This document shows positions 7,291 to 15,851 of a DNA stretch of 64,000 nt, piece by piece. A model generated the notes under the pieces. The model worked only from the letters and a program-made list of their open reading frames with translations. It searched no databases and was not told the DNA's origin. The DNA comes from an uncultured Pseudomonadota bacterium (GTDB lineage: Bacteria; Pseudomonadota; Gammaproteobacteria; Burkholderiales; SG8-39), in the NCBI GenBank assembly GCA_963834845.1, contig CAWICY010000004.1, positions 2,649,530 through 2,713,529 of the forward strand, written 5' to 3'. Position numbers and translations under genes: made by a program. The first letter of the stretch is position 1, and each line of letters begins with the position of its first letter.

Positions 7291-8220
7291 TCAGGTGCGC
7301 GCGCCGAGCAGCGGGTTGAGCCCGCTGCGCGTGACGCGCCCGTTGAGTTCGCGCCCGAGCGCGCGCTCACACAATTCGGCGGTCGCGAGCAGGCCGTCGA
7401 GGTCGATGCCGGTGGCCACGCCCATCGACTCGAGCAGGTTCACCAGGTCCTCGGTGCACACGTTGCCGGTGTAGCCGGCGCCGTACTTCACTTTCGCCGG
7501 GTGCCCGCCGACCCCGCCGAACGACGCATCGAAGTGGCGCACGCCGGCTTCGAGCGCGGCGACTGCGTTGACGAGGCCGGTGCCGCGCGTGTCGTGGAAG
7601 TGGGCGATCGGGGTCAATCCCGCGATGTGCGCCAGCCGCCCGCACATGTCCTTCACCGAGCGCGGCGTGGCCATCCCCGTGGTGTCGCCGAGCGCAACGT
7701 GATCGACGCCGAGCGCGGCGAAGCGCGCTGCGTCCTCGGCGACGACGCCGGCATCGACCTGGCCCTCGAACGGGCAGCCGAAGGCCACCGACACGGTACC
7801 GACCAGGCGGAAGTGCCCGCGCGCCGCGCGCGCCATCCGCTCGACGTTGGCCCACTGCTCGGCGCGCGTGCGGTTCAGGTTCTTCCGTGTGTGCGATTCG
7901 GTCGCCGAGACCAGCAGGCTGATCTCGTTCGCGCCGTGGCCGGCCTCGAGGTCGGCGAGCGCGCGCGCGACCGCGCGCGGGTTGGCGCAGGTCGCCTTGT
8001 ACCAGGTCCCCGGGCGGCGCGAGAGCGAGGCGAGCAGCTCGCTCGCGTCGGCGAACTGCGGCACGACCTCGGGATTGGAGTAGGAGGTCGCCTCGACGCG
8101 CGCGAAGCCGAGCGCGGCGAAGCGCTCGACGAGCGCGCGCTTGACGGCGGTCGGCACGAACTGCGGCTCGTGCTGCAGACCGTCGCGCGCGAAGCATTCG
8201 CAGATGACGACTGCTGCCAT
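7291..8220 (-). CDS. Hydroxymethylglutaryl-CoA lyase family (HMGL-like) protein
   Basis: 309 aa. N-terminus ICECFARDGLQHE, ...EATSYSNPEVVPQ..., ...HFHDTRGTGLVNAVAALEAGV..FDASFGGVGG.P: canonical HMGL-like TIM-barrel motifs. Confidence 0.9.
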   Translation of the reverse strand: MAAVVICECFARDGLQHEPQFVPTAVKRALVERFAALGFARVEATSYSNPEVVPQFADASELLASLSRRPGTWYKATCANPRAVARALADLEAGHGANEISLLVSATESHTRKNLNRTRAEQWANVERMARAARGHFRLVGTVSVAFGCPFEGQVDAGVVAEDAARFAALGVDHVALGDTTGMATPRSVKDMCGRLAHIAGLTPIAHFHDTRGTGLVNAVAALEAGVRHFDASFGGVGGHPAKVKYGAGYTGNVCTEDLVNLLESMGVATGIDLDGLLATAELCERALGRELNGRVTRSGLNPLLGART

Positions 8221-8236
8221 GGGGTATAGTTGATAG

Positions 8237-8266
8237 TGTCAACGAGTCGCGCTAAGCTTGTCAACG
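8237..8266. promoter_or_regulatory. Direct repeat TGTCAACG (8237-8244 and 8259-8266, 22-bp spacing) in the 53-bp divergent HMGL / pcaH intergenic region
   Basis: Read directly. The position between two divergent starts suggests an operator. No regulator can be assigned from sequence alone. Confidence 0.3.
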
Positions 8267-8273
8267 GATCCGG

Positions 8274-9017
8274 TTGCGGAGGCACCAAGTGGCAGCGAAC
8301 CCCATCGACCTGCGGCAATTCCCCTACGTCGCCGGCGCGCCCGACGAGCCGACGCAGCCGCTGCGCGTGGTGCCCGGCTACAGGGAAACGGCCTGGCGCA
8401 ACCCGGCGCAGCCGCTCGTCAAGCGGCCGGCGACGCTCTCCGAGCTTACCGGTCCGCTCGAGCCGGCGCGGCGCCTGAGCCTGCTCGGCCACGACCTCGC
8501 CGGTCACGGAGAGCAGCGCGCCATCGGCCAGCTCATGCACCTGCGTGTGCGCGTGCTGGACGAGGACGGCAGCCCGGTGAGCGGCGCGCTGGTGGAGATC
8601 TGGCACGCGAACGGGGCCGGCCGCTACATCCATCCGAACGACGACGATCACGCGCCGGTCGATCCGAACTTCTACGGCGCGGCGCGCCTGCTGACCGACG
8701 AAAGCGGCGCCTTCGAGCTGCGCACCATCAAGCCCGGCGCCTATCCGGTGCCCAACTCGGGCGGCTGGTGGCGGCCGCCGCACATCCACTTCTCGCTGTT
8801 CGGCAAGATCTGGCTGTCGCGCCTGGTGACGCAGATGTATTTCCCGGACGACCCGCTGAACCCGCAGGACCGCATCCTCAATGCGCCGCCGAGCGCCGAG
8901 GCGCGCGCGCGGCTCATCGCGCGCATGCTGCCGCCGAGCGAGGGGCCGGCGGACGCGCTCGTCTTCGAGCACCAGATCGTGCTGCGCGGCCGCCGGGCCA
9001 CGCCGGCGCAGCCCTGA
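8274..9017 (+). CDS. pcaH: Protocatechuate 3,4-dioxygenase beta subunit-like intradiol dioxygenase
   Basis: LSELTGP..., VRVLDEDGSPVSGALVEIWHANGAGRYIHP.D, RTIKPGAYP......WRPPHIHFSLF, TQMYFPDDPLN: PcaH signature. Start (TTG 8274 vs GTG 8289) is uncertain. Confidence 0.88.
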   Translation: MRRHQVAANPIDLRQFPYVAGAPDEPTQPLRVVPGYRETAWRNPAQPLVKRPATLSELTGPLEPARRLSLLGHDLAGHGEQRAIGQLMHLRVRVLDEDGSPVSGALVEIWHANGAGRYIHPNDDDHAPVDPNFYGAARLLTDESGAFELRTIKPGAYPVPNSGGWWRPPHIHFSLFGKIWLSRLVTQMYFPDDPLNPQDRILNAPPSAEARARLIARMLPPSEGPADALVFEHQIVLRGRRATPAQP

Positions 9018-9030
9018 AAGGGGAGCCGCA

Positions 9031-9588
9031 ATGACTCTTGTCCCCACCGCATCGGCGACCACCGGGCCGTTCTTCCCGCCGCGCTACATCGACGCCGGTT
9101 GCAACGACCTCACGAGGTTCGAGGGCCGCGCGGCGCGTGGCGAGCCGATCGAGATCCACGGCCGCGTGCTGCAGGAGGACGGCAGCCCGCTTAACAACCT
9201 GATCGTCGAGATCTGGCAGACCGACGCCGGCGGCGTGTTCCGTCATCCCGGCGATCCGCGCATGCAGGAAGCAGACCCGGATTTCTTCGGCTGGGGACGC
9301 ACCACCACCGACCCCGACGGCGTGTATCGTTTTCGCAGCGTGCTGCCGGGCGCGCGCCCGCCGCGCGCGCGGCACGTCAACTTCCAGCTCATGTTTTCGG
9401 GGCTGATGCGCATGCTGCCGACGGTGATGTATTTCGAGGGCCAGGCGGACAACGACGCCGATCCGGTGCTCGCCGCGGTGCCCGCGGCGCGCCGCGCGCT
9501 GCTGGTGGCGAAGCGCGAGGCCGCCGGCCGCTATCGCTTCGACATCCGCCTGCGCGGCGAGGGCGAAACGCCGTTCTTCGATCTCTGA
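9031..9588 (+). CDS. pcaG: Protocatechuate 3,4-dioxygenase alpha subunit-like
   Basis: MTLVPTASATTGPFFPP..., IEIHGRVLQEDGSPLNNLIVEIWQTDAGGVFRHP, HVNFQLMFSGLMRMLPTVMYFEG. Lies 13 nt after pcaH. Confidence 0.88.
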   Translation: MTLVPTASATTGPFFPPRYIDAGCNDLTRFEGRAARGEPIEIHGRVLQEDGSPLNNLIVEIWQTDAGGVFRHPGDPRMQEADPDFFGWGRTTTDPDGVYRFRSVLPGARPPRARHVNFQLMFSGLMRMLPTVMYFEGQADNDADPVLAAVPAARRALLVAKREAAGRYRFDIRLRGEGETPFFDL

Positions 9589-9594
9589 GCCGCC

Positions 9595-10071
9595 TTGACC
9601 ACCATCCGCGAGCTGCTCTCCTTTCGCCTGCACGTGCTGGCGAACCTGCTGTCGCGCGGCGCCGAGATGCGCTACCGGCGCGAGTTCGGCGTCAGCCTGT
9701 GGGAGTGGCGCACCGTGGCGCTGCTCGGCGGCGCCGCGGGGCCGCTGTCGTTGAACGAATTGGCGCTTGCGGCGGGCATCGACAAGAGCCAGATGAGCCG
9801 CGTGGTGTCGGGGCTCGCCGGGCGCGGCATCGTGCTGCGCCGGGCCGACGCCGAGGACGCGCGCGGCGTGCGGCTCACGCTCACGCCGGCGGGCCGCAAG
9901 CTGTACGCCGGGCTGATGCGCGCCGCGAGCGAGCGCAACGAGGCGTTCCTCGCCGCGCTCGCGCCGCGCGAGCGCGAGGGCCTCGAGGCGGCGCTCGGCA
10001 AGCTCGCCGCGCGCGCGAAGACGTTCATCCAGCGCGAGCGCGCGCTGGGGGCGAAGCCGAGGCGCAGGTGA
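9595..10071 (+). CDS. MarR family transcriptional regulator
   Basis: 158 aa with a winged-helix pattern (WRTVALLG....LSLNELALAAGIDKSQMSRVVSGLAGRGIVLRR.D.EDARGVRLTLTPAGRKL). TTG start 6 nt after pcaG. Confidence 0.85.
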   Translation: MTTIRELLSFRLHVLANLLSRGAEMRYRREFGVSLWEWRTVALLGGAAGPLSLNELALAAGIDKSQMSRVVSGLAGRGIVLRRADAEDARGVRLTLTPAGRKLYAGLMRAASERNEAFLAALAPREREGLEAALGKLAARAKTFIQRERALGAKPRRR

Positions 10072-11012
10072 AGACGCGCATCACCGAGCTGCTCGGCATC
10101 GAGCACCCGATCATCCAGGCCGCGATGAGCTGGGCGTCGTCCAACGCGGCGCTGGTGGTCGCGGTGTCGAACGCCGGCGGCATGGGCGTCCTCGGGGCGG
10201 GGCCGATGCGGCCCGACGACTTCCGCAAGTGCCTCGCGGACATCAAGGCGGGCACGGCGAAGCCGTTCGGCGTCAACATCCCGTTGAACGGCGCGCGCGC
10301 CGCCGAGCTGCTCGACATCGCGTTCGAGGCGCGCATCCCGGTGATGGTCGCCTCGCAGGGCGGGCCGCGCGGAGCGCTGGCGCGCTTCCGCGCGATCGGC
10401 ACGAAATGGCTGCACGTGGTCGCGTCGCTCGAGCACGCGCTGAAGGCGGAAGCCGCGGGCGTCGACGCGCTGGTGGTCGACGGCGCCGAGGCCGGCGGCC
10501 ATCCGCCGCCCTCAGAGGTGACGACGCTGGTGCTGGTGCGGCGCGTGGTGAAATCGACGCGGCTGCCGGTGGTGGCGAGCGGCGGGGTGGCCGACGGCGC
10601 GGGCGTCGCCGCGCTGCTCGCGCTCGGCGCCGAGGCGGTGCAGCTCGGCACGCGCTTCATCGCCACGCCCGAGGCGAGCGTGCACCCGGCCTACAAGCAG
10701 GCAGTGCTCGATGCCGGCGTCGACGGCAGCACGCTGCTTGCGCGCGGCGCGCTGCCGATCCGCCAGCTCAAGAACGCGTTCTCGGCGAAATACGAGGCCG
10801 CCGAGCGCGCGGGCGCGTCGCCCGAGGAACTCGCCGGGATCTTCAAGGCCTCCAGCCTGAAGCAGGCGGCGCTCGAGGGCGACGTGGCCTGGGGCAAGCT
10901 CGAGGCCGGGCAGAGCGCCGGCCTGGTGGAGGACATCGTGCCGGCGGGCGAGCTGGTAAAGCGCCTGGCCGCCGAACTGGAGCAAGCGCGGCGCCGCGTG
11001 GCGTCGCTATGA
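10068..11012 (+). CDS. Nitronate monooxygenase / FabK-like FMN oxidoreductase (NMO family)
   Basis: GTG start overlaps the MarR stop (GTGA). TELLGIEHPIIQAAMSWASS..LVVAVSNAGGMGVLG, ...VVDGAEAGGH..., ASGGVADGAGVAALLALGAEAVQLGTRF. Confidence 0.88.
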   Translation: MKTRITELLGIEHPIIQAAMSWASSNAALVVAVSNAGGMGVLGAGPMRPDDFRKCLADIKAGTAKPFGVNIPLNGARAAELLDIAFEARIPVMVASQGGPRGALARFRAIGTKWLHVVASLEHALKAEAAGVDALVVDGAEAGGHPPPSEVTTLVLVRRVVKSTRLPVVASGGVADGAGVAALLALGAEAVQLGTRFIATPEASVHPAYKQAVLDAGVDGSTLLARGALPIRQLKNAFSAKYEAAERAGASPEELAGIFKASSLKQAALEGDVAWGKLEAGQSAGLVEDIVPAGELVKRLAAELEQARRRVASL

Positions 11013-12220
11013 CGAGAAAGGTGAAGGACATGACGATCGACGAACGCATTGCACGCATGCACGACGAACTGACGCAATGGCGGCGCGACATCCACGCGCA
11101 CCCCGAGCTCGGCTTCGAGGAGACGCGCACCTCCGGGCTCGTGGCCGAAAGGCTCGCGTCGTTCGGCGTCGAGGTGCACCGCGGCGTCGGCAAGACCGGC
11201 GTGGTCGGCGTGCTGCGCGCGGGCAAGGGCGGCGATGCGAAGGACGGCACGCGTGCCGTGGGCTTGCGCGCCGACATGGACGCGCTGCCGATCCAGGAGG
11301 CGAACGGCTTCGCGTACCGCTCGCGCCACGACGGCAAGATGCACGCCTGCGGCCACGACGGCCACACCACCATGCTGCTCGGTGCGGCCAGGTACCTCGC
11401 CGAGACGCGGGCCTTCGACGGCACGGTCAATTTCATCTTCCAGCCGGCCGAGGAGGGCATCGGCGGCGCCAGGGCGATGATCGACGACGGCCTGTTCGAG
11501 CGCTTCCCCTGCGAGGCGGTGTTCGGCATGCACAACCGCCCCAGTCTGCCGGTCGGCTCGTTCGCGGTGCGCGCCGGGCCGATGATGGCGGGCGGCGGCT
11601 TCTTCGACATCCGCATCACCGGCAAGGGCGCGCACGGCGCGCGCCCGGAGGCCGGCATCGACCCGGTGATCGTCGCGGCGCACATCGCCACCGCGCTGCA
11701 GACCATCGTGTCGCGCAACGTGCCGCCGGTGGAGACCGCAGTGGTATCGGTGACGAAAATCCAGGGCGGCGATGCCTACAACGTGATCCCGCAGAGCGCG
11801 CTGCTCGCCGGCACGGTGCGCGCGTTCTCGCGCCCGGTGATGGACCAGATCAGCGCCGCGGTGCAGCGCATCGCCAAGGGCGTGGCCGAGGGCTTCGGCG
11901 CCAGGGCCGAGGTCGACGTGCGCTGGAATTTCGCGCCGACCATCAACGATGCAACAGAGGCCGAATTCGCGGCCCGGATCTGCGCCGAGCTGGTGGGCAA
12001 GGAGCGCGTCGAGCGCGACCCGCCGCTCATCATGGCCTCGGAGGATTTCTCCTTCATGCTGGAGAAGGTGCCGGGCTGCTACCTCAACATCGGCAACGGC
12101 GAAGGCGAGTCCGGCTGCGAAGTGCACAACCCGGGCTACGACTTCAACGACCGCGCGCTGCCGCTCGGCGTGAGCTTCTTCGCGCGGCTGGTCGAGACGC
12201 GGCTGGGGAAGGGCGCGTGA
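11009..12220 (+). CDS. M20/M25/M40 family amidohydrolase (hippurate hydrolase / N-acyl-amino acid amidohydrolase type)
   Basis: ATGA overlap with the upstream gene. WRRDIHAHPELGFEE.RTS..V...L, RADMDALPI.E, HACGHDGHTTMLLGAA, FQPAEEG.GGA..M. Confidence 0.9.
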   Translation: MTRKVKDMTIDERIARMHDELTQWRRDIHAHPELGFEETRTSGLVAERLASFGVEVHRGVGKTGVVGVLRAGKGGDAKDGTRAVGLRADMDALPIQEANGFAYRSRHDGKMHACGHDGHTTMLLGAARYLAETRAFDGTVNFIFQPAEEGIGGARAMIDDGLFERFPCEAVFGMHNRPSLPVGSFAVRAGPMMAGGGFFDIRITGKGAHGARPEAGIDPVIVAAHIATALQTIVSRNVPPVETAVVSVTKIQGGDAYNVIPQSALLAGTVRAFSRPVMDQISAAVQRIAKGVAEGFGARAEVDVRWNFAPTINDATEAEFAARICAELVGKERVERDPPLIMASEDFSFMLEKVPGCYLNIGNGEGESGCEVHNPGYDFNDRALPLGVSFFARLVETRLGKGA

Positions 12221-12952
12221 GCGAGGTGCTGCTAAGCGAGGACCGCGGCCGGGTGCGCATCCTCACCATGAACCGGCCCGGGAAGCTGAACGCGCTTAAT
12301 ACCGCGCTCACCGAGGCGCTTCTTGCCGGGTTGGAGCAGGCCGAGCACGACGACGCGGTGTCGGTGGTGATCCTGACCGGCGCCGGGCGCGCCTTCTGCG
12401 CCGGCGCCGACGTCGGCGAATTCAGGGAGCTGACGCCGGACCAGGCGGCGCGCGTCGAGCGCCGCGCCGAGCTCACCATGCGCTCGCACCTCGTCTTTTC
12501 GCGGATGCGCAAGCCCGTGATCGCCGCGCTGCGCGGCGCGGCGATGGGCGGCGGCGCGGGGCTCGCGCTGGCTGCCGACCTGGTGGTCGCCTCGGAGAAC
12601 GCGAAGATCGGCTACCCGGAGATCAAGCACGGCATCCTGCCGGCGATCGTCATCGCCAACCTCACGCGCCAGGTGGGCAGGAAGGCCGCCTTCGAGCTGG
12701 TGAGCACCGGCGAGCCGCTCGATGCGCGGCGCGCCTTCGAGCTCGGCGCGGTCAACCGCGTGGTGCCCGACGACAAGCTGCTCGAGGCGGCGCTCGCGCT
12801 CGCCGAAACGCTCGCCGCCTTCAAGCCCGAAGCGCTGTACGCCATCAAGCGATCTGTTCCACCAGGTTGCCGACCTGCCGCTCGCCGCCGGGCTGGAGGA
12901 GGGCCGCAAGGCGAACATCGCCATGCGGGCGATTTACGCCCGGGGACGCTGA
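12217..12952 (+). pseudogene. Enoyl-CoA hydratase/isomerase (crotonase) interrupted by one +1 frameshift near 12850-12853
   Basis: The crotonase N-terminus (RILTMNRPGKLNALN...LTGAGRAFCAGADV...GAAMGGGAGLALAADL) runs in frame 1 to AIKR. The expected C-terminus (LFHQVADLPLAAGLEEGRKANIAMRA...*) continues in frame 2 (ORF 12722-12952). The apparent extra nucleotide is in cga-t-ctg. Confidence 0.75.
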
Positions 12953-12990
12953 GCCCGGCTGCCCCGAGAACCGGCAATCGCTGCGCCGCC

Positions 12991-13887
12991 ATGGGTGTCT
13001 CGCTCGCGCTGCTGTCGATGCTGTGCTTCGCGTCGAACATCATCATCTCGCGCTACGCGATGGCGCAGATGAAGATCGAGCCCGGCTTTCTCGTGGTGCT
13101 GCTGGTGAACATCCTGTTCGCGGCCCTTGTGTTCGCGATCGAGCTCGCGCTGCGCTCGACGCCGTTCGCGATCCAGTGGGGCGAGGCGGGTCTGTTCGCG
13201 CTCGCCGGCATCGTCGGCACCTACCTGGGCAGGCGTCTGCTGTTCGACACGGTGCGCCTTCTCGGGCCGGCGCGCGCGAGCGTGTTCCATTCTTCGGCCC
13301 CGGTGTTCACGCTGATCGCCGCATGGCTGCTGGTGGGCGAGCGGCTGGGCGGTTACGAGCTCGCCCTGATGGCGCTGGTGATGGCGGGCCTGTGGACCAC
13401 GCAGCCGGCGAGCGGCGGGGCCGCCGATGTCCATCGCCCGAGCGGCGACGCGCTGCGCCGCGGAATGCTGATGGGGATCCTCACGGTCGCCGGCTTCGGC
13501 GTCGGCAACGCGATCCGCGGCCTCGCGATGCGCAGCTGGAGCGAGGCGGTGTTCGGCGCGCTCGCCGGCTCGATGGCGGCGTTCGCTTGCCAGCTCGCCA
13601 CCACGCGCAACCACGCCAAGGTGTTCGGCGAGCTGCGCGCGGCGAGCCGCGCGGGGATCGCGCTCTATGCGGCGAGCGGCATCGCCACGGTGTGCGGCTC
13701 GATCTTCATCGTGTCGGCGATGCGCTACATGGAGATCGCGCTCGCGGCGCTCGTCACGCACACCACGCCGCTGGCGATCTTCCCGGTGAGCGTGATCGTG
13801 TACCGCAACCGCGAGGGCCTGTCGCCGCGCACCGTGCTCGGCGCCGCGATGGTGCTGGCCGGCATCGTGCTGCTGGCCGTGCGTTGA
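12991..13887 (+). CDS. EamA/DMT superfamily permease
   Basis: About 298 aa with ~10 hydrophobic segments. MGVSLALLSMLCFASNIIISRYA..., duplicated EamA-like halves. Confidence 0.75.
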   Translation: MGVSLALLSMLCFASNIIISRYAMAQMKIEPGFLVVLLVNILFAALVFAIELALRSTPFAIQWGEAGLFALAGIVGTYLGRRLLFDTVRLLGPARASVFHSSAPVFTLIAAWLLVGERLGGYELALMALVMAGLWTTQPASGGAADVHRPSGDALRRGMLMGILTVAGFGVGNAIRGLAMRSWSEAVFGALAGSMAAFACQLATTRNHAKVFGELRAASRAGIALYAASGIATVCGSIFIVSAMRYMEIALAALVTHTTPLAIFPVSVIVYRNREGLSPRTVLGAAMVLAGIVLLAVR

Positions 13888-13923
13888 CAGCGCCATGGAG
13901 GTAGTTGACAATGGCAACTATCT

Positions 13924-15108
13924 ATGCGGCCCCTCGAGCACGTCACCGTCGTCGACCTGTCGCGCGTGCTGGCGTGCCCGTTCGCCAGCATGGTGCTCGC
14001 CGAGCTCGGCGCGACGGTGATCAAGGTCGAGCAGCCGGGCACCGGGGACGAGACGCGCGGCTTCGAGCCGCAGCTGGCGCGCGACAGCGCCTACTATTTC
14101 GCCTGTAACCGCGCCAAGCGGTCGATTACCGTCAACCTGCGCTCGGCCGACGGGCAGCAGATCGTGCGCGAGCTGGCGCAGGGCGCCGACGTGCTTGTCG
14201 AGAACTTCCCGGTCGGCACGCTTGGCCGCTACGGCCTGGGCTTCGCTACCCTCTCGGGCCTCAACCCGCGGCTGGTCTACGTCTCGTGCACCGGCTTCGG
14301 CCAGAGCGGACCCTACGCGCACAAGAAGGGCTACGACACCGTGTTCCAGGCGATGGGCGGCATCATGAGCCTGACCGGCGAGAAAGGCGGCGGGCCCGTG
14401 AAGCCGGGCCTGCCGGTGGCCGACCTCACGTCGGGGCTGTGGGTGGCGATCGCGATCCTCGCCGCGCTCGCGGGACGCGAACGCGCCGGCCGCGGCTGCC
14501 AGGTCGACTTCTCCATGCTCGACGGCCAGGTGTCGCTCCTGACGCTGGCCGCGGCGCGCTATTTCGCCCTCGGCGAGATACCGCCGCGCCTCGGCACCGA
14601 GCATCCGGGACGCGTGCCCTCGGCGAGCTTCCGCTGCAAGGACGGGCGCTTCGCCCACATCACCGCCAGCGACCAGCACTGGCAGCCGCTGTGCCAGGCG
14701 CTGGAACTGGCGAAACTCGGATCTGACCCCGATTTCTCCGACAACGCGCAGCGCGTCGCGCGGCGCGAGGAGGTGATGGCGGCGCTGACCGCGGCGGTGG
14801 CGAGCGTGACGCGCGCCGAGCTGATCGCCAGGCTCGACGCCGCCGGGGTGCCGGTCGGGCCGGTGAACGACGTCGCCGAAGTGATCGCCGATCCGCAGGT
14901 GCGCGCGCGCCGCATGGTCGGCAGCTTCGACTATCCCGGCGTGGGCGAATTCCGCGCGCTCGCGCTGCCCTACAAGTTCCTCGGCTGGGACGATCCCGAG
15001 ATCGGCCGGCCGCCGACGCTCGGCGAGCACACCGAGGCAATCCTGAGAGAACGGCTCGGCTACAGCGACGAGCGCATCGCCGAGCTGAGGAGGTCGCGCG
15101 CCATATGA
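13924..15108 (+). CDS. Family III CoA-transferase (CaiB/BaiF type)
   Basis: PLEHVTVVDLSRVLACPFASMVLAELGATVIKVE.PG.GDETR, ...GYDTVFQAMGGIMSLTGE: the classic family III signature. Confidence 0.9.
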   Translation: MRPLEHVTVVDLSRVLACPFASMVLAELGATVIKVEQPGTGDETRGFEPQLARDSAYYFACNRAKRSITVNLRSADGQQIVRELAQGADVLVENFPVGTLGRYGLGFATLSGLNPRLVYVSCTGFGQSGPYAHKKGYDTVFQAMGGIMSLTGEKGGGPVKPGLPVADLTSGLWVAIAILAALAGRERAGRGCQVDFSMLDGQVSLLTLAAARYFALGEIPPRLGTEHPGRVPSASFRCKDGRFAHITASDQHWQPLCQALELAKLGSDPDFSDNAQRVARREEVMAALTAAVASVTRAELIARLDAAGVPVGPVNDVAEVIADPQVRARRMVGSFDYPGVGEFRALALPYKFLGWDDPEIGRPPTLGEHTEAILRERLGYSDERIAELRRSRAI

Positions 15109-15851
15109 GCGTTCTCTACGATCTCAGAAACGGCGTGGTGACGATCACGCTCGATCGCCCAGAGGCGCGCAACGCGCTCGACATGGCGCTGTGCGACGCG
15201 CTGCTCGCGGCGGCACGGCGCGCCGCCACCGACGAATCCGTCAGGCTGGTGCTGGTGCGCGCCGCGGGCCCGGTGTTCTGCGCCGGCGCCGACCTCAAGG
15301 AGCGCCAGGGCATGGACGAGACGCAGGTGCGCGCGCGCCGCATGCGCGCGTTCGAAGCCTACGCCGCGCTGGAAGCGCTGCCGATGCCGGCAATCGCGGT
15401 GATCGAGGGGCCGGCGGTCGGCTCGGGTTGCGAGATTGCCGCCGCCTGCGACTTCATCGTCGCCACGCCGCGCGCAGCGTTCCGCACGCCGGAGGCCTTG
15501 TGGGGCACGGTCGGGGCGACGCAGCGCCTGCCGCGCGTGCTCGGCAAGCGGCTCGCCAAGGACCTGATGTTCACCGGGCGCACGCTCACCGCGGAGGAAG
15601 CCGAGCGCCACGGGCTGGTAGCGCGCGTGGTGCCCGAGGACGAGCTCGAAACGGTGCTGGCGCAGATCGCCGAGACCATCGGCAAGGCCCCCGCGCGCTC
15701 GCTGGCGCTCGCCAAGCGCTCGATCGACCGCGGCATCGAGCTCGACGCGCGCGGCGCGCTCGACACCGAGATCGCGGCGATCGAGGAGCTGCTCGCCGCC
15801 AAGGGCTGGAAGGACGGCTTCGCCGCGTTCGGCAAGCGCGAGCCCGGATGA
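15105..15851 (+). CDS. Enoyl-CoA hydratase/isomerase family protein
   Basis: ITLDRPEARNALD...AAGPVFCAGADLKER...IAVIEGPAVGSGCEIAAACDF. ATGA overlap at both ends. Confidence 0.9.
   Translation: MSVLYDLRNGVVTITLDRPEARNALDMALCDALLAAARRAATDESVRLVLVRAAGPVFCAGADLKERQGMDETQVRARRMRAFEAYAALEALPMPAIAVIEGPAVGSGCEIAAACDFIVATPRAAFRTPEALWGTVGATQRLPRVLGKRLAKDLMFTGRTLTAEEAERHGLVARVVPEDELETVLAQIAETIGKAPARSLALAKRSIDRGIELDARGALDTEIAAIEELLAAKGWKDGFAAFGKREPG

Noticed and set aside
11077-13887. 936-aa plus-strand ORF
   Set aside because: It is an artefactual fusion. The 5' part is out of frame over the M20 hydrolase gene. It then runs through the crotonase gene, frameshift readthrough, and the in-frame DMT permease gene. 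I split it into the separate genes listed.
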